A stretch of DNA of 64,000 nucleotides from Planctomycetota bacterium. GTDB taxonomy: Bacteria; Planctomycetota; B15-G4; SIAN01. The translations under genes and the position numbers were made by a program. The notes beneath the pieces were generated by a model that did no database searches, was not told where the DNA came from, and saw only the letters and a program-made list of their open reading frames with translations. Each line of letters starts with the position of its first letter. Position 1 is the stretch's first letter. Of this stretch, positions 28,123 through 37,818 are shown piece after piece. Location: assembly GCA_031409275.1 (NCBI GenBank), contig JANNXA010000055.1, positions 96,001-160,000 on the forward strand, given 5' to 3'.

Positions 28123-29906
28123 CGTCATCCGACGACGACGCCCCACCGCCGCCCGGACTCGATCGCCGCCTGCTGGCGCGACTGTGGTCGATCCTGCGGC
28201 CGCATCGACGTCAGCTCGCGATCGGCATCGCCCTGCTCCTGCTCGGTCGCGCCTGCGACTGGGTCGGACCGTTGCTGATCGAGCGCGCCATCGACGGCCC
28301 GCTGGCGGGCGGGACGGCCGCGCGCGAAGGTCTCTTCGCCGGCGCTGCCGCGCGCGCGCTGTGGCTGCTCGCCGCTGCCTATCTCGGGGCGGCGCTGCTC
28401 GGCGCGTTGGTGCGCTACCTGCAGGCGATCGTGCTCACTCGACTCGGCCAGGCCACGACCTCCGACGTGCGTCGCGACCTGTTCGGCCACCTGCTGCGGT
28501 TGCCGCTGCCGTGGTTCGACAAGAAGCCGGTGGGCGAGCTCGTCACGCGGATGACCGCCGACGTCGAGAACCTCGTCGAACTCTTCTCCACCGGCGCCGC
28601 TGCGTTGCTGCTCGATCCGCTCTGGATCGTCGTCGTGATCACCACGCTCTTCACCCTCGATTGGCGGCTCGCGGCGATCACGCTGGCGGGTCTGCCGCTC
28701 TTCGTGTTCGCATCGATCCGTTTCCGCCAGAAGGCGCGCGCGGCCTATCGCGACACGCGGCGCGCGATCGCGCAGAACGCCGCGTTCCTGCAGGAGTCGA
28801 TCGCTGGCGTGCGCGTCACGCAGCTCTTCGTGCAACAGGAACGGATGCAGGCGCGCGCGGCGACCGTCGCTGCCACGCTGCGCGATGCGTGGCAGGTCAC
28901 GGTCCACCAGTTCGCGCTCTTCTTCGCCGGCGTCGACTGGCTGGCGCTGCTGGTGCGCGCGCTGCTCTTTGCAGCCGGCGCGGCCTGGGTCGCCGACGGG
29001 TCGCTTTCACCCGGGACGCTCGTGCGCGCGTGGATCTGCCTCGGATTCCTGTTCGAGCCGCTGCGCGAACTCGCCGAGCGCTGGAACGTGCTGCAGTCGG
29101 CGCTGGTCGCCACCGAGCGCATCGCGCGAATCCTCGATGAGCCGGTCGAGGCAACGGGCACGCAGCCGCATCTCCATCGCGGCGGGATCGAGTTCGATGG
29201 CGTCAGCTTCGGCTACGGCGACGGCCCGCCGGTGCTGCACGACGTCTCGTTCACGGTCGCCCCCGGCCAGCTCGTCGCGTTCGTTGGCGCGACGGGAGCG
29301 GGCAAGAGCACGCTCATGAACCTGCTGCTGCGTGCGTACCCGCGCCGTGAGGGCGCGATTCGGATCGACGGCATCGATCAGGATCTGCTGACGCTGCACG
29401 CGCTGCGCAGCGGCATCGGAGTCGTCCCTCAAGACGTCTTCCTGTTCGCCGACACCATCCTCGAGAACGTGCGGCTGTTCGACCCAACCATCGACGAGGC
29501 GGCGGTGCAGCGCGCCTGCGTCGCCGTCGGCGCCGACCGCTTCATCGAGCGGCTCCCCCTGCGCTACGCGACGCCGCTGGCGGAACGTGGACACAACCTG
29601 AGCGCCGGCGAGCGCCAGTTGCTGGCGTTCGCGCGCGCGCTGGTCCGCGACCCGCGCGTGATGATCCTCGACGAAGCGACGAGCTCCGTCGACACGCAGA
29701 CGGAGCGGCAACTGCAGGACGCGCTCGAGCGGATGCTGGCCGGGCGCACCGCGCTGGTGATCGCGCACCGTCTTTCGACGATTCGCCGGGCCGACCGCAT
29801 CATCGTGCTGCACCACGGGCGCATTCGCGAGAGCGGCACGCACGCCGAACTGCTGGCGCAGAACGGCATCTACGCGCGGCTGCACCTGCTGCACCACTCG
29901 GCGTGA
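28119..29906 (+). CDS. ABC exporter, fused TMD-NBD (MdlB-like half)
   Basis: GATGAGKST, LSAGERQ, ILDEATSSVD, IAHRLS; GTGA overlap with the previous gene. Confidence 0.92.
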   Translation: MTSSDDDAPPPPGLDRRLLARLWSILRPHRRQLAIGIALLLLGRACDWVGPLLIERAIDGPLAGGTAAREGLFAGAAARALWLLAAAYLGAALLGALVRYLQAIVLTRLGQATTSDVRRDLFGHLLRLPLPWFDKKPVGELVTRMTADVENLVELFSTGAAALLLDPLWIVVVITTLFTLDWRLAAITLAGLPLFVFASIRFRQKARAAYRDTRRAIAQNAAFLQESIAGVRVTQLFVQQERMQARAATVAATLRDAWQVTVHQFALFFAGVDWLALLVRALLFAAGAAWVADGSLSPGTLVRAWICLGFLFEPLRELAERWNVLQSALVATERIARILDEPVEATGTQPHLHRGGIEFDGVSFGYGDGPPVLHDVSFTVAPGQLVAFVGATGAGKSTLMNLLLRAYPRREGAIRIDGIDQDLLTLHALRSGIGVVPQDVFLFADTILENVRLFDPTIDEAAVQRACVAVGADRFIERLPLRYATPLAERGHNLSAGERQLLAFARALVRDPRVMILDEATSSVDTQTERQLQDALERMLAGRTALVIAHRLSTIRRADRIIVLHHGRIRESGTHAELLAQNGIYARLHLLHHSA

Positions 29907-29955
29907 TCGCCGGGTGCGAGGTCGGCATCGGACTGCCGTGCGCGACCCGAGCGGA

Positions 29956-30032
29956 TGGTGACCCCAACGGGATTTGAACCCGTGTTACCGCCTTGAAAGG
30001 GCGATGTCCTAGCCAGGCTGGACGATGGGGCC
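29956..30032 (-). tRNA. tRNA-Glu (UUC)
   Basis: GGCCCCATCGTCCAGCCTGGCTAGGACA-TCGCC-CTTTCAA-GGCGG..GGTTCAAATCC..GGGGTCACCA. Confidence 0.96.
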
Positions 30033-30144
30033 ATTTGCGTGCGTTCGAACGATCCGAAGCGGGGCGGGATTGTAGCGCGGCCGTGACCGACGCGTCGCGA
30101 TTGCCTTCGAGCGCCGCGATCGGTCGATCACCCCCGGCCGAAGA

Positions 30145-30220
30145 TGGTGGGGGCGCCGGGGATCGAACCCGGGACCTCCGGATTAAAAATCCGCTGCTCT
30201 ACCAGCTGAGCTACGCCCCC
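30145..30220 (-). tRNA. tRNA-Lys (UUU)
   Basis: GGGGGCGTAGCTCAGCTGGTAGAGCA-GCGGA-TTTTTAA-TCCGG..GGTTCGATCC..CCCCCACCA. Confidence 0.95.
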
Positions 30221-30259
30221 ATCTCCGGATGCGCGGCCCGCCGAACCGGCCCGCGTACG

Positions 30260-30808
30260 TCAAGTTTCCATGATCTCTTTGGTCTTCGCGGCGAGCGACT
30301 TCTCGACGTCGCCTTCGTGCTGTTTGAGGAGGCTCTGGACGACCTCCTTGGCTTTCGCGCGCTGGTCGTCCGTCAGCTCTTTCGCCTCGTCGAGGTGCTT
30401 GTTGGCGTCGCGGCGGCTGTTGCGCAGCGCGATCTTGGTCACCTCGGCCATCTCCTTCAGCCGCGCGCCGAGCTTCTTGCGCTGCTCTTCGGAGAGCATC
30501 GGAACCGTCAGTCGCAGCAGCTTGCCGTCGTTCTGCGGGTTGATTCCGAGGTTGCTGGCCTGGATCGCCTTCTCGATCTCCTTCAGCGCGGAGGCATCGA
30601 ACGGCTTGATCGCGATCTGACGCGGCTCGGGGATCTGGATCTGCGCGAGCTGCGAGATGGGCGTCGGATTGCCGTAGTAGTCGACGCGGATGTTCTCGAC
30701 GAGGGCCGCCGAGGCGCGGCCCGACCGCAAGCCGCGGAACTCGCCGGCGAGGTGATCGACCGAGGCCTTCATCTTGGTGCGGGCGTCGACGACGCTCTTG
30801 TGGTCCAT
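30260..30808 (-). CDS. frr: ribosome recycling factor
   Basis: LRSGRAS, VDYYG, LGINPQNDG, LSEEQRK, RNSRRD. Confidence 0.96.
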   Translation of the reverse strand: MDHKSVVDARTKMKASVDHLAGEFRGLRSGRASAALVENIRVDYYGNPTPISQLAQIQIPEPRQIAIKPFDASALKEIEKAIQASNLGINPQNDGKLLRLTVPMLSEEQRKKLGARLKEMAEVTKIALRNSRRDANKHLDEAKELTDDQRAKAKEVVQSLLKQHEGDVEKSLAAKTKEIMET

Positions 30809-30866
30809 CGTGCATCCTCCCCAGCGCGGCGCAAGGCCACGCCCCGTGAAACGGCGCGCTACCTGA

Positions 30867-31580
30867 TCAGTGGATGAGCGTCCCGATCCGCTCCCCCTGC
30901 AGCACGCGCATCAAGTTGCCGCGCACGTGCAGGTCGAACACGCAGATCGGGATGCGCTTCTCCTCGCAGAGCACGACCGCCGCCGTGTCCATGACCTTCA
31001 GATTGCGCTCGACCACCTCGCGATAGCCGATCTGCTCGAACCGCACGGCGGATTTGTCGGCCTTCGGATCGGCCGAGTAGACGCCGTCGACCTGCGTCGC
31101 CTTCAACAAGATGTCGGCGCCGATCTCGCAGGCGCGCAAAGCGGCCGCGGTGTCGGTGCTGAAGAACGGGTTGCCGGTGCCGGCGACCAGGATCACCACG
31201 CGCTGCTTCTCGAGGTGTCGCAGGCAGCGTCGACGAATGAACGGTTCGCAGAAGTCGGCGATGGTCACCGCCGACTGCACCCGCGTATCGATCCCCTTCT
31301 GTTCGAGCGTGTCCTGGAGCGCCAGCCCGTTCATGGCCGTCGCGAGCATCCCCATCTGATCGGCGACGGCCCGATTGATGCCCGACAGCTTGCTGCCGCG
31401 CAGGTAGTTGCCGCCGCCGACGACGATCGCGATCTGCTTGCCAAGCGCGAGCAGTTCGCGCAGGTCGTTCGCCAGCGCGTCCACGATGGCGGGATCGAGC
31501 TTGCCGTCCTTGCCGGCAAGCCCTTCCCCGGAGAGCTTCAGCAGCGCGCGGCCGTAGCCGCCCGTCGCGTTTGCCGTCAC
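30867..31580 (-). CDS. pyrH: UMP kinase
   Basis: LLKLSGE, VGGGN, DQMGMLAT, GTGNPFFSTD, DGVYSADP. Confidence 0.97.
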   Translation of the reverse strand: MTANATGGYGRALLKLSGEGLAGKDGKLDPAIVDALANDLRELLALGKQIAIVVGGGNYLRGSKLSGINRAVADQMGMLATAMNGLALQDTLEQKGIDTRVQSAVTIADFCEPFIRRRCLRHLEKQRVVILVAGTGNPFFSTDTAAALRACEIGADILLKATQVDGVYSADPKADKSAVRFEQIGYREVVERNLKVMDTAAVVLCEEKRIPICVFDLHVRGNLMRVLQGERIGTLIH

Positions 31581-32182
31581 TCGCCGACCTCGATGCGCGC
31601 GAAGCGGCGAATCGTGATGTTCTCGCCCGTCGACGAGATCAGGTCCTTGCGCAGGTCCTCGACCCGGCGCTTGTCATCCATGATCCACGGCTGCTCGAGC
31701 AGGCAGTGCTGCGCGTAGAACTTCTGCAGGCGCCCCTCGATGATCTTGGCGCGCGCCGCTTCCGGCTTCTTCGCCATCTCCTCGGAGCTCTCGGCGAGGA
31801 TCATCGCCTTCTCCTTCTCCACCGCCTCGGCCGGCACGTCCTCCTTGCGGACCCACTGCGGCTTGGAGGCCGCGACGTGCATCGCCAGCGAGCGCGCGAA
31901 CTCCTTGAACTTGTCATTGCGCGCGACGAAGTCGGTCTCGCAGTTGACCTCCACGATGACGGCCTTGCGCCCATCGTGATGGAGGTAGTGACCGATGCCG
32001 CCCTGATTGGCCGCTCGATCGGCCTTCTTGTCCGCGGTCTTCAGCCCCTTGATCCGGAGCAGGTCCTTCGCCTTCTCAAAGTCGCCGCCACCCTCTTCAA
32101 GGGCGCGCTTGCAATCCATCAGCGCCGCGCCCGTCGATTCGCGAAGCTTCTGCACCAGGGCAGCGGAAATCGGGGTCGCCAT
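31577..32182 (-). CDS. tsf: elongation factor Ts (short form, 201 aa)
   Basis: KLRESTGAALMDCKRAL, EVNCETDFVA, IRRFAR. Confidence 0.96.
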   Translation of the reverse strand: MATPISAALVQKLRESTGAALMDCKRALEEGGGDFEKAKDLLRIKGLKTADKKADRAANQGGIGHYLHHDGRKAVIVEVNCETDFVARNDKFKEFARSLAMHVAASKPQWVRKEDVPAEAVEKEKAMILAESSEEMAKKPEAARAKIIEGRLQKFYAQHCLLEQPWIMDDKRRVEDLRKDLISSTGENITIRRFARIEVGE

Positions 32183-32309
32183 GTCACACTCCGTTCCAGT
32201 TCCTTGCGGCGCGCATCGCGCAGCCGCATCCCATGCGCCAACCGCCCGGCGCATCGCCGGGGGTTGGACGCGGAAGTTCTTCGTTCCAGGCGCGCGCGAG
32301 CGCGCCGGT

Positions 32310-33248
32310 TCACTCGGCCTTCGGCGCCTCGCCTGCGGCCGCGGCTGCCGGGGCGGCTGCCCCTTCCGCTGCCGGCTCCGGCCCCATGCCATCGTCACGC
32401 TTCGGCGGCGCCTTGCGCGGCGGCTGACGCTTCTCGAGGCTGGTCCCGGCGCTGTAGCGCTTGGAGCGAATGTCGGGGTCGACGCTGGTCATCGCTGGAT
32501 CGGCCGGGGTGCCGCGCTGATTCGCTTTGCCCTCGACGATGGCGTCGACGAGACGCGCGAGCAGGACCTGCACCGAGCGCATCGCGTCGTCATTGCCCGG
32601 CACCGGGAAGTCGACCTGCGTCGGATCGCAATCGGTGTCGAGGATCCCGATGATCGGAATCCCGAGCCGGTTGGCTTCCTTGACGGCGATGTACTCCTTG
32701 CGAACGTCGACGACCACGAGCGCGCCCGGAAGGCGGTCGAGGTGACGGATGCCTTCGAGGTTGCGGCGGATTCGCAGCAGGTCGCGGGTGATGAAGGACT
32801 GCTGCTTCTTCGGCATCTGCGCGAGACGCCCCGAGGTCTCGAGGTGCTCGAGCTGCTCGAGGTGGTTCAAGCGATTGCGGACCGTCGTGTAGTTGGTGAG
32901 CGTGCCGCCGAGCCAGCGCTCGTTGACGTACGGCATGCCGCCGCGCGTCGCTTCGGACTGGATGACGCTCTTCACCTGGCGCTTGGTGCCGACGAGGACG
33001 ACCTTGTGGCCCGCTGAGACGAGGTTGCGCAGGAAGCGCTGTGCGCGGAAGAGGCCGCGCACCGTCTGCACGAGGTCGATGATGTGGATGTAGTTGCGCT
33101 TGCCGTAGATGTACGGCTTCATCTTCGGGTTCCACCGGCTGACCCGGTGGCCGAAGTGGACGCCCGCTTCCACGAGCTCGTCGATCTGGATCGGTTGTGC
33201 CTGCGTCCCTTGACCGGGCGGCGTACCTTGCTGCGTACCTTGCTGCAC
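32310..33248 (-). CDS. rpsB: 30S ribosomal protein S2
   Basis: AGVHFGH..WNPKM, GTKRQ, RWLGGTLTN, DTDCDP, PGNDD; GTG start with AGAGG upstream. Confidence 0.96.
   Translation of the reverse strand: MQQGTQQGTPPGQGTQAQPIQIDELVEAGVHFGHRVSRWNPKMKPYIYGKRNYIHIIDLVQTVRGLFRAQRFLRNLVSAGHKVVLVGTKRQVKSVIQSEATRGGMPYVNERWLGGTLTNYTTVRNRLNHLEQLEHLETSGRLAQMPKKQQSFITRDLLRIRRNLEGIRHLDRLPGALVVVDVRKEYIAVKEANRLGIPIIGILDTDCDPTQVDFPVPGNDDAMRSVQVLLARLVDAIVEGKANQRGTPADPAMTSVDPDIRSKRYSAGTSLEKRQPPRKAPPKRDDGMGPEPAAEGAAAPAAAAAGEAPKAE
33221..33246. repeat. perfect 12-nt tandem repeat (GCGTACCTTGCT x2) in the rpsB 5' end, encoding QQGT-QQGT
   Basis: Read directly; a degenerate third copy lies near 33203-33214. Confidence 0.8.
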
Positions 33249-33249
33249 G

Positions 33250-33412
33250 AAGTGAATCCTCTGGACTCCTGCGGAGCCCGTTGCGCCAGTTCGCCACGAG
33301 GAACCGACCTGCACCACGAAGGCGAAGGTCAAGCTCCCACCAGCACGGAAGGAGAAACGATTGACGGCACCGACCCCATGTCGGCAGCCCGAGGGTTTCT
33401 CCGGCGTTTGAA
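33250..33412 (-). promoter_or_regulatory. probable S2 autoregulatory leader of rpsB-tsf
   Basis: Long UTR containing CGGGCTGCC..TGGGGTCGGT, similar to the rpsB leader motif as I recall it from E. coli. Confidence 0.5.
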
Positions 33413-33419
33413 GCGGAGG

Positions 33420-33447
33420 AGTCTAGTCGGCGCCTGAGGTCGATCAA
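33420..33447 (-). promoter_or_regulatory. sigma70-like promoter of rpsB (TTGATC-16-TAGACT)
   Basis: Read on the minus strand. Confidence 0.6.
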
Positions 33448-33554
33448 GGGGCGCTTTTCGCGCGAGCGGCGCCTCCCGCACCCCTTCCCACTCTGCAGCC
33501 GACCTGCGAAAGTGCCCCGCCACATCAGGGTTGATCCTCGGATCTTGGGTAGTC

Positions 33555-34493
33555 ATGGAAGACCGTCCGCGACGCGCCTTGCTCGCCTGCCACTCGGCCC
33601 CCCTGTGGCCGTCCCTCGAGCGGCAGCTCGCCACGCGCGGGTTCGAGGTCGTCGTCACCCGAGACGTCGTCGGGACCGCCAGCGCCCTGGAGGCGGGCCG
33701 TTTCGACCTCGTGATCCTGCGTCCGGTGGCCGACAGCGCGGCCACTTTCGAGCTCGACGCCGTGCTCTCGCCGCGCGACGACGACTCGAATCACGCGCTG
33801 CTCCTCGTGCTCGAGGCCGGGGTCGATGGGGCCGCCTTGCTCGCCAGGCTCTCCGCCGGCGACGACTACCATCGCGGCGACGACGAACGCGGGTTGTCGC
33901 AACGTCTCGAGCTCGTGCTGCGACGGCGCGAGCAATTGCGCCGCCTCGAAGCGGAGACGATCACCGACTTCAAGACCGGTCTCTTCAACGACCGCTACTT
34001 CTATCGGCGCCTGCTCGAGGAAGTCGAGCGCACACGCCGCCATCGCCTCGCGCTGGCGCTGGTGCTGATCGACTTCGACGACTTCAAGCGCGTCAACGAC
34101 GAGTTCGACCACGCCTTCGGAAACTTCGTGCTCGGCGCATTCGGCCGCAAGCTGCGCGCGAGCAGCCGCGCCATCGATCTGCCGGCTCGCATCGGTGGCG
34201 ATGAGTTCGCGCTGCTGCTGCCGAGCACCGCGCTCGATGAAGCCGCGCTCGTCGCCTCGCGCCTGCAAGCCACCGTCGCCGAGTGTCGCTTCGAGGCGGG
34301 CGGCGCGACCTTGCGAATCAGCATCTCGATGGGCATCGACGCGATCCACGGCGAAGATCACGTCGCCCCGGATGCGTTCCTGCGTCGCGCCGATGCGGCG
34401 CTGTTCGAGGCGAAGCGGCGCGGCAAGGGCCGCTTCGTCCTCTATCCGGAACTCGGCCCAGAAGACGCGCGCGGGAACGTTGCGAGTCGCTGA
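33555..34493 (+). CDS. diguanylate cyclase (pseudo-REC + GGDEF)
   Basis: TDFKTGLFN, DFDDFKRVND, RAID I-site, RIGGDEF; N-terminal REC-like fold. Confidence 0.92.
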   Translation: MEDRPRRALLACHSAPLWPSLERQLATRGFEVVVTRDVVGTASALEAGRFDLVILRPVADSAATFELDAVLSPRDDDSNHALLLVLEAGVDGAALLARLSAGDDYHRGDDERGLSQRLELVLRRREQLRRLEAETITDFKTGLFNDRYFYRRLLEEVERTRRHRLALALVLIDFDDFKRVNDEFDHAFGNFVLGAFGRKLRASSRAIDLPARIGGDEFALLLPSTALDEAALVASRLQATVAECRFEAGGATLRISISMGIDAIHGEDHVAPDAFLRRADAALFEAKRRGKGRFVLYPELGPEDARGNVASR

Positions 34494-34509
34494 CGCGCGG
34501 TTCGAGGCG

Positions 34510-37500
34510 TCAGTCGCCCGCTTTGCGCAGCGTCACGACCAGCGCCTCGCTCACGACTTCCCACGGGAAGGAGCGCCACTCGCCGCCACGCGGCGCCTCC
34601 CCATCGAAACTCAGCGAGGTTGCCAGCGTGTCATCGCCGATGCGTTGGCGCGCCGCCAACGCCGCCGCGAGCAGCGCCTCCGCGCCCGCCAGGTGCAGTT
34701 CGATGCGATCGGCCACGCGCAGCCCCGCCTCACGCCGCGAGTGGTTCACCCGATTCACGATCTCGCGAACCCGACCGGCCGCGACCAGTTCGGGCGTCAA
34801 CGTCGGGTCGAGCGCCACCAGCGTCTTGCCATCGGTCTCGACGCACACGCCGGTCTTGCCCTGCACCACCACCTCGATCTCCGCCGAGGTGAACGCGACC
34901 GCGGCGCCGCCGACCTCGAGCGTCAACGCTTCGCCGCGCAACAACGTGTCGATCTGAGCGCTCGTCAGGAGTTCGAGCGCCTGCTTGGCCGCGCCGAGTT
35001 TCGGACCAAGCTTCGGCCCGAGCAGCTTGAAGTTGGGCTTCACCTTGAGCGTGCGCAGATCGTCGAGCCGCGCCGTGTCGGCGATGGCGACCAGTCCGAC
35101 GTTCAACTCGTCGGCCAGCAACGCTGCGTAGCGACCGCCAAGCTTCGCGTCGGCAGCCGCGTCTCGTCCCTTCACCCACAGCGTCCCGAGCGGCTGGCGG
35201 AGATTGATCCCCGCGGCGTTGCGCGCGCGGCGGGCCAGCGCCACGACGTCGAGCACCGCCTCCATGTCGCGCTCGAGTTCCGGAGCGCGCCGGTCGCTCC
35301 GCGCCGTCGGGAAGGGCTCGAGGTGGATCGATGCGGCGCCTGGCCGCAGCCACGACCAAAGCGCCTCGGCCCAGAACGGCGCGATCGGCGCGAGCACCAA
35401 CGCGACCCGCTCGAGTGCTTCGAGCAGCGTCGTGTAAGCGGCGAGCTTGTCGGCGGTGAGGCCGCGGCCCCAGAAACGGTCGCGTGAACGGCGGATGTAC
35501 CAGTTCGAGAGCTTGCGATCGACGAAGGCGCCGATCTGCTGCGCGGCGCGCGTGAGGTCGTAGCGGCCAAGCGCGCCATCGACCTCCTCGACGAGGCGCT
35601 CCACCTCGGCGAGCAGCCATTGATCGAGTTCGGTCCGCGCCGACGGCGCCGGCGCCGCCTGCTGCGCCGGATCGAATCCGTCGATCTCCGCATAGGTCGC
35701 GAAGAACGACCAGCAGTTCCACAGCGTGCCGAACAGTTCGCGCCCGGCAACGCCGACCGCGGTCGGGTCATAGGTCTTGGGCAGCCACGGCTGGCTTTGC
35801 GAGAGCAGGTAGTAGCGCACGGCATCGACCCCGTGCGCCCCGATCTCCTGCCACGGATCGACGGTGTTGCCGCGCGACTTCGACATCTTCTGCTTCTTCG
35901 CGTCGAGCAGGAGATTGCCCACCAGGATGCGCTTCGCCGCCGGCTTGCCGGTGAGGAAGGTCGACAGGACGTGCAGCGTGTAGAACCAGCCGCGCGTCTG
36001 ATCGAGCCCTTCCGAGATGTAGTCGGCGGGATGTTCAACGGGCGGAGCCTTGCCCTTCTCCGCGATCCAGCCGTGCTGCGCGAACGGCATCGCGCCCGAG
36101 TCGAACCAGCAATCGACGACTTCGGGAGTGCGGTGCGCGACACCGCCGCAACCGGATCGAGTGCACGCCAGCGTGACACCATCGATGTGCGGTCGGTGCA
36201 GGTCGAAGCCGGCCGGCAGCGCCGGAACCAGCTGCCGCAGATGCGCCTCGCTGCGAACCACCTGCAGCGTCTTGCAGCCGTCGCACGCCCACACGTTCAG
36301 CGGCGTGCCCCAGTAGCGCTCGCGTGAAACGGCCCAGTCGACGTTGTTGTCGAGCCACTCGCCGAAACGGCCGGTTCCGATGTCGGCCGGGAACCACTCG
36401 ATCTGGCGGTTGAGCGCGACCATCTGCTCCTTCAGTCGGGTCGTGCGCAGGTACCAGCTTGGCCGCAGCCAATAGAGCAGCGGAGTCTTGCAGCGCCAGC
36501 AATGCGGGTAGGAGTGGGTGAAGTTGTCGCGGCGAAAGAGCTTTCCGCGCCGCTCGAGTTCGCGCACCAGTTCGGCGTTGGCATCGCGCGCGAATTGTCC
36601 CGCCACCGGAACGACGCGCGCCTCGAAGCGCCCCTGCGCATCGATCGGGTTGAGGATCGCAAGGCCTTCGCGCACGCCGACGGCGTGGTCGTCCTCGCCG
36701 AACGCCGGGGCGAGATGGACGATGCCGGTTCCGTCGTCCGCCGACACGAAATCGGCGCCGACCAGCACTTCGTGGCGCCCCGTTTCGAAGGGGAGCCAAT
36801 CGAACGGCCGCTCGCAACGCTCGCCGACCAAGGTGGCGCCCGCGATGGTTTCGACGACCTCCACCTTCTCCTTCCCGAAGACCTTCTGCAGCAACGCCGC
36901 GGCGAGGATCAGCTCCTCGCTGCCCCCCTCCTTGGTCACTCGCTTGACCCGGACGTAGTCGAGCTTCGGCGATACCGCCAGTGCGACGTTGCTTGGCAAC
37001 GTCCACGGCGTCGTGGTCCAGACCAGGAACGACTGGCCGGCGTGGCCCACACGAGGGAAGCGCACGAACACGGAGGGGTCCTGCACCTCCTGGTAGCCCT
37101 GGGCCACCTCATGCGAAGAGAGGCCGGTGCCGCACTTGGGGCACCACGGCAGGATGCGATGGCCCCGTTCGAGCAGCCCTTCGTCGAAGAAGCGCGCGAG
37201 GATGGACCACAACGAGGAGATGTAGGCGTTGTCGCACGTGATGTACGGATGCTCGTAGTCGAGCCAGTAGCCCATGCGCGCGGAGAGCCGCTCCCACTCC
37301 TCCTTGTATTTGAAGACGCTCTCGCGGCAGCGCTCGTTGAACGGACCGATGCCGAACTTCTCGATCTCCGGCTTGATCGAGATCCCGAGCTCCTTCTGCA
37401 CCTCGATCTCGACGGGCAGTCCGTGCGTGTCCCAGCCCGCTTTGCGCGGAACGAAGTGCCCCTTCATGGTCCAGTAGCGGCAGACGACGTCCTTCAGCGT

Positions 37501-37701
37501 GCGCGCGAAGACGTGATGGACCCCGGGGCGCCCGTTGGCCGTCGGCGGCCCTTCGTAGAAGACGTAGGTCGGTCGACCTTCGCGCCGAGCGAGGACCTGC
37601 TCGGGGATGCGCTCGGCACGCCAGCGCGCGAGCACTTCCTCCTCGAAAGCGGGCAGGTCGAATTCGCGGTCAGGCTTGATGAAACGGGGCGACGCGCTCA
37701 A
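34510..37701 (-). CDS. ileS: isoleucine--tRNA ligase, type 2
   Basis: EGPPTANGRPGVHH, GWDTHGLPVE, WTTTPWTLPSN, DWAVSRERYWGTP, EGLDQTRGWF, KMSKS; TTG start after GGAGGA. Confidence 0.96.
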   Translation of the reverse strand: MSASPRFIKPDREFDLPAFEEEVLARWRAERIPEQVLARREGRPTYVFYEGPPTANGRPGVHHVFARTLKDVVCRYWTMKGHFVPRKAGWDTHGLPVEIEVQKELGISIKPEIEKFGIGPFNERCRESVFKYKEEWERLSARMGYWLDYEHPYITCDNAYISSLWSILARFFDEGLLERGHRILPWCPKCGTGLSSHEVAQGYQEVQDPSVFVRFPRVGHAGQSFLVWTTTPWTLPSNVALAVSPKLDYVRVKRVTKEGGSEELILAAALLQKVFGKEKVEVVETIAGATLVGERCERPFDWLPFETGRHEVLVGADFVSADDGTGIVHLAPAFGEDDHAVGVREGLAILNPIDAQGRFEARVVPVAGQFARDANAELVRELERRGKLFRRDNFTHSYPHCWRCKTPLLYWLRPSWYLRTTRLKEQMVALNRQIEWFPADIGTGRFGEWLDNNVDWAVSRERYWGTPLNVWACDGCKTLQVVRSEAHLRQLVPALPAGFDLHRPHIDGVTLACTRSGCGGVAHRTPEVVDCWFDSGAMPFAQHGWIAEKGKAPPVEHPADYISEGLDQTRGWFYTLHVLSTFLTGKPAAKRILVGNLLLDAKKQKMSKSRGNTVDPWQEIGAHGVDAVRYYLLSQSQPWLPKTYDPTAVGVAGRELFGTLWNCWSFFATYAEIDGFDPAQQAAPAPSARTELDQWLLAEVERLVEEVDGALGRYDLTRAAQQIGAFVDRKLSNWYIRRSRDRFWGRGLTADKLAAYTTLLEALERVALVLAPIAPFWAEALWSWLRPGAASIHLEPFPTARSDRRAPELERDMEAVLDVVALARRARNAAGINLRQPLGTLWVKGRDAAADAKLGGRYAALLADELNVGLVAIADTARLDDLRTLKVKPNFKLLGPKLGPKLGAAKQALELLTSAQIDTLLRGEALTLEVGGAAVAFTSAEIEVVVQGKTGVCVETDGKTLVALDPTLTPELVAAGRVREIVNRVNHSRREAGLRVADRIELHLAGAEALLAAALAARQRIGDDTLATSLSFDGEAPRGGEWRSFPWEVVSEALVVTLRKAGD

Positions 37702-37818
37702 GGCCGATCCTCCCGCGCCGCGCGAGGGCGCAGCGCAATGGCGGGCCAACTTACCAGCGCCGCTCGCCGATCCCGGTGACGACGCGGACGCAACCGCGCC
37801 GACGACCGCAAGGCGCTC

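Noticed and set aside
26362..29906. Degenerate Walker B and signature motif in the ABC pair
   Set aside because: This is the normal asymmetry of heterodimeric ABC exporters, not novel
24288..30220. Genomic island integrated at the tRNAs
   Set aside because: No integrase, no duplicated tRNA 3' end and no compositional shift seen
31577..32182. Truncated EF-Ts as a pseudogene
   Set aside because: Short EF-Ts of about 200 aa is a known functional form, and all motifs are intact
37702..37818. T-box leader upstream of ileS
   Set aside because: The gap is short and shows no T-box consensus or specifier stem
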